From the IMG/VR virus record IMGVR_UViG_3300010289_000001, positions 1-57,705 of that record: a stretch of DNA of 57,705 nucleotides; one strand, 5' to 3'. The DNA comes from a virus. Lineage: Duplodnaviria; Caudoviricetes. Made by a program: the position numbers and the translations under genes. A model generated the notes under the pieces. The model was given only the letters and a program-made list of their open reading frames with translations, was not told where the DNA came from and searched no databases. This document shows positions 57,044 to 57,705 of the stretch, piece after piece. Position 1 is the stretch's first letter; the number at the start of each line of letters is the position of its first letter.

Positions 57044-57070
57044 AAGGAGGTCTCCACGACTCCTTTTTTT
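57044..57070 (+). terminator. Intrinsic terminator (bulged-G family)
   Basis: AAGGAG-G-TC-TCCAC-GA-CTCCTT followed by a T-run. Confidence 0.8.
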
Positions 57071-57161
57071 GTTTCAAAACCAAATTTTAGTTCTGCTAAA
57101 AATCTGGGATGCTTTCTAAAAGCGGTTACCGAATTTAGTTGGGATTTTAGTGGGGTGGATT

Positions 57162-57221
57162 TGGGATAAGATCTTGGGGTAAGATTTTGGGATAAGATCT
57201 TGGGGTAAGATCTTGGGTAAG
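57162..57221 (+). repeat. 13-bp tandem repeat TGGG(A/G)TAAGAT(C/T)T x4 plus partial copy
   Basis: Units at 57162, 57175, 57188, 57201 and a partial unit at 57214. Confidence 0.85.
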
Positions 57222-57454
57222 TATTTGTATTCATTCTTAGTAAGATAAATGCAAAATCTTTTTTGAATTGAAAAATAGAACTTATCCACATCTTCAATAT
57301 AAACCAGAAACCGAGAACGTACCTATCGCATGTCTTTTCCGGATATGAGCGCTTTCTTATAGAGCTTCTCAAAAGTAGTCTCTATTCTATATTAATGATC
57401 CCCCTCCCAAAAAGCGCTCATAAAGAGGGCATTATATATCAAAGAGGAGACAAA

Positions 57455-57496
57455 GGGGAGAGTATAGGGGGAGAGTATAGGGGGAGAGTATAGGGG
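57455..57496 (+). repeat. 13-bp tandem repeat GGGGAGAGTATAG x3
   Basis: Units at 57455, 57468, 57481; near-inverted copy CCCCTATATAACTCTC at 57519-57534. Confidence 0.85.
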
Positions 57497-57540
57497 ATTA
57501 AAGAGGTTTTGTGAAATACCCCTATATAACTCTCTTATTC

Positions 57541-57559
57541 TATATATATTAATATCTGA
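57541..57559 (+). promoter_or_regulatory. Motif A
   Basis: TATATATATTAATATCTGA. Confidence 0.7.
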
Positions 57560-57705
57560 TAAAGACGGTATTCCGGGCTGACCTACAGAATTTATACTTG
57601 GTCATATCATGACTGGCATGATTCTAATAACTATTGTATGACCAGCCAGTATTTTTTTAAACAAAAGGAGAATAATAAAGTATTGATATTGAATACTGCT
57701 AACCA

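Noticed and set aside
56938-57372. 144-aa minus-strand ORF
   Set aside because: Runs through 13-bp (non-triplet) repeats, a terminator and the better-supported plus-strand peptide gene; no SD.
57162-57496. Repeat arrays as CRISPR
   Set aside because: Units are 13 bp and directly abutting, with no spacers and no cas genes.

Overview
AT-rich segment of a large tailed-phage (myovirus-like) genome, read with the standard genetic code and GGAGG-type ribosome-binding sites. Left arm (+): a phage-encoded bacterial-type multisubunit RNA polymerase (beta' C-terminal part, a free-standing HNH endonuclease, then beta), GTP cyclohydrolase FolE2, a small PolB-like protein, a methyltransferase, terminase large subunit and a tape-measure-like protein. 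Centre (mostly -): baseplate, tail tube, sheath and chaperone genes, lysis-type genes, and three proteins with proline-poor (Gly-Ser/Thr-Ser)n repeats. These three lie directly downstream of a fused GT4 / SAM-methyltransferase / TibC-AAH-like heptosyltransferase, a candidate virion-fibre glycosylation system. Two recurrent intergenic motifs (TATATATATTAATnnnTGA before small accessory genes, TAGAACAAA before structural operons) look like two phage promoter classes. Also seen: a probable programmed frameshift in the tail chaperone, a hairpin that bridges a Shine-Dalgarno to its start codon, decayed genes, an unannotated 26-aa membrane peptide, and a repeat-rich non-coding right end. I recognised no tRNA, rRNA, CRISPR array, reverse transcriptase, capsid or portal. 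All calls are from motif recognition by eye; no searches were run.
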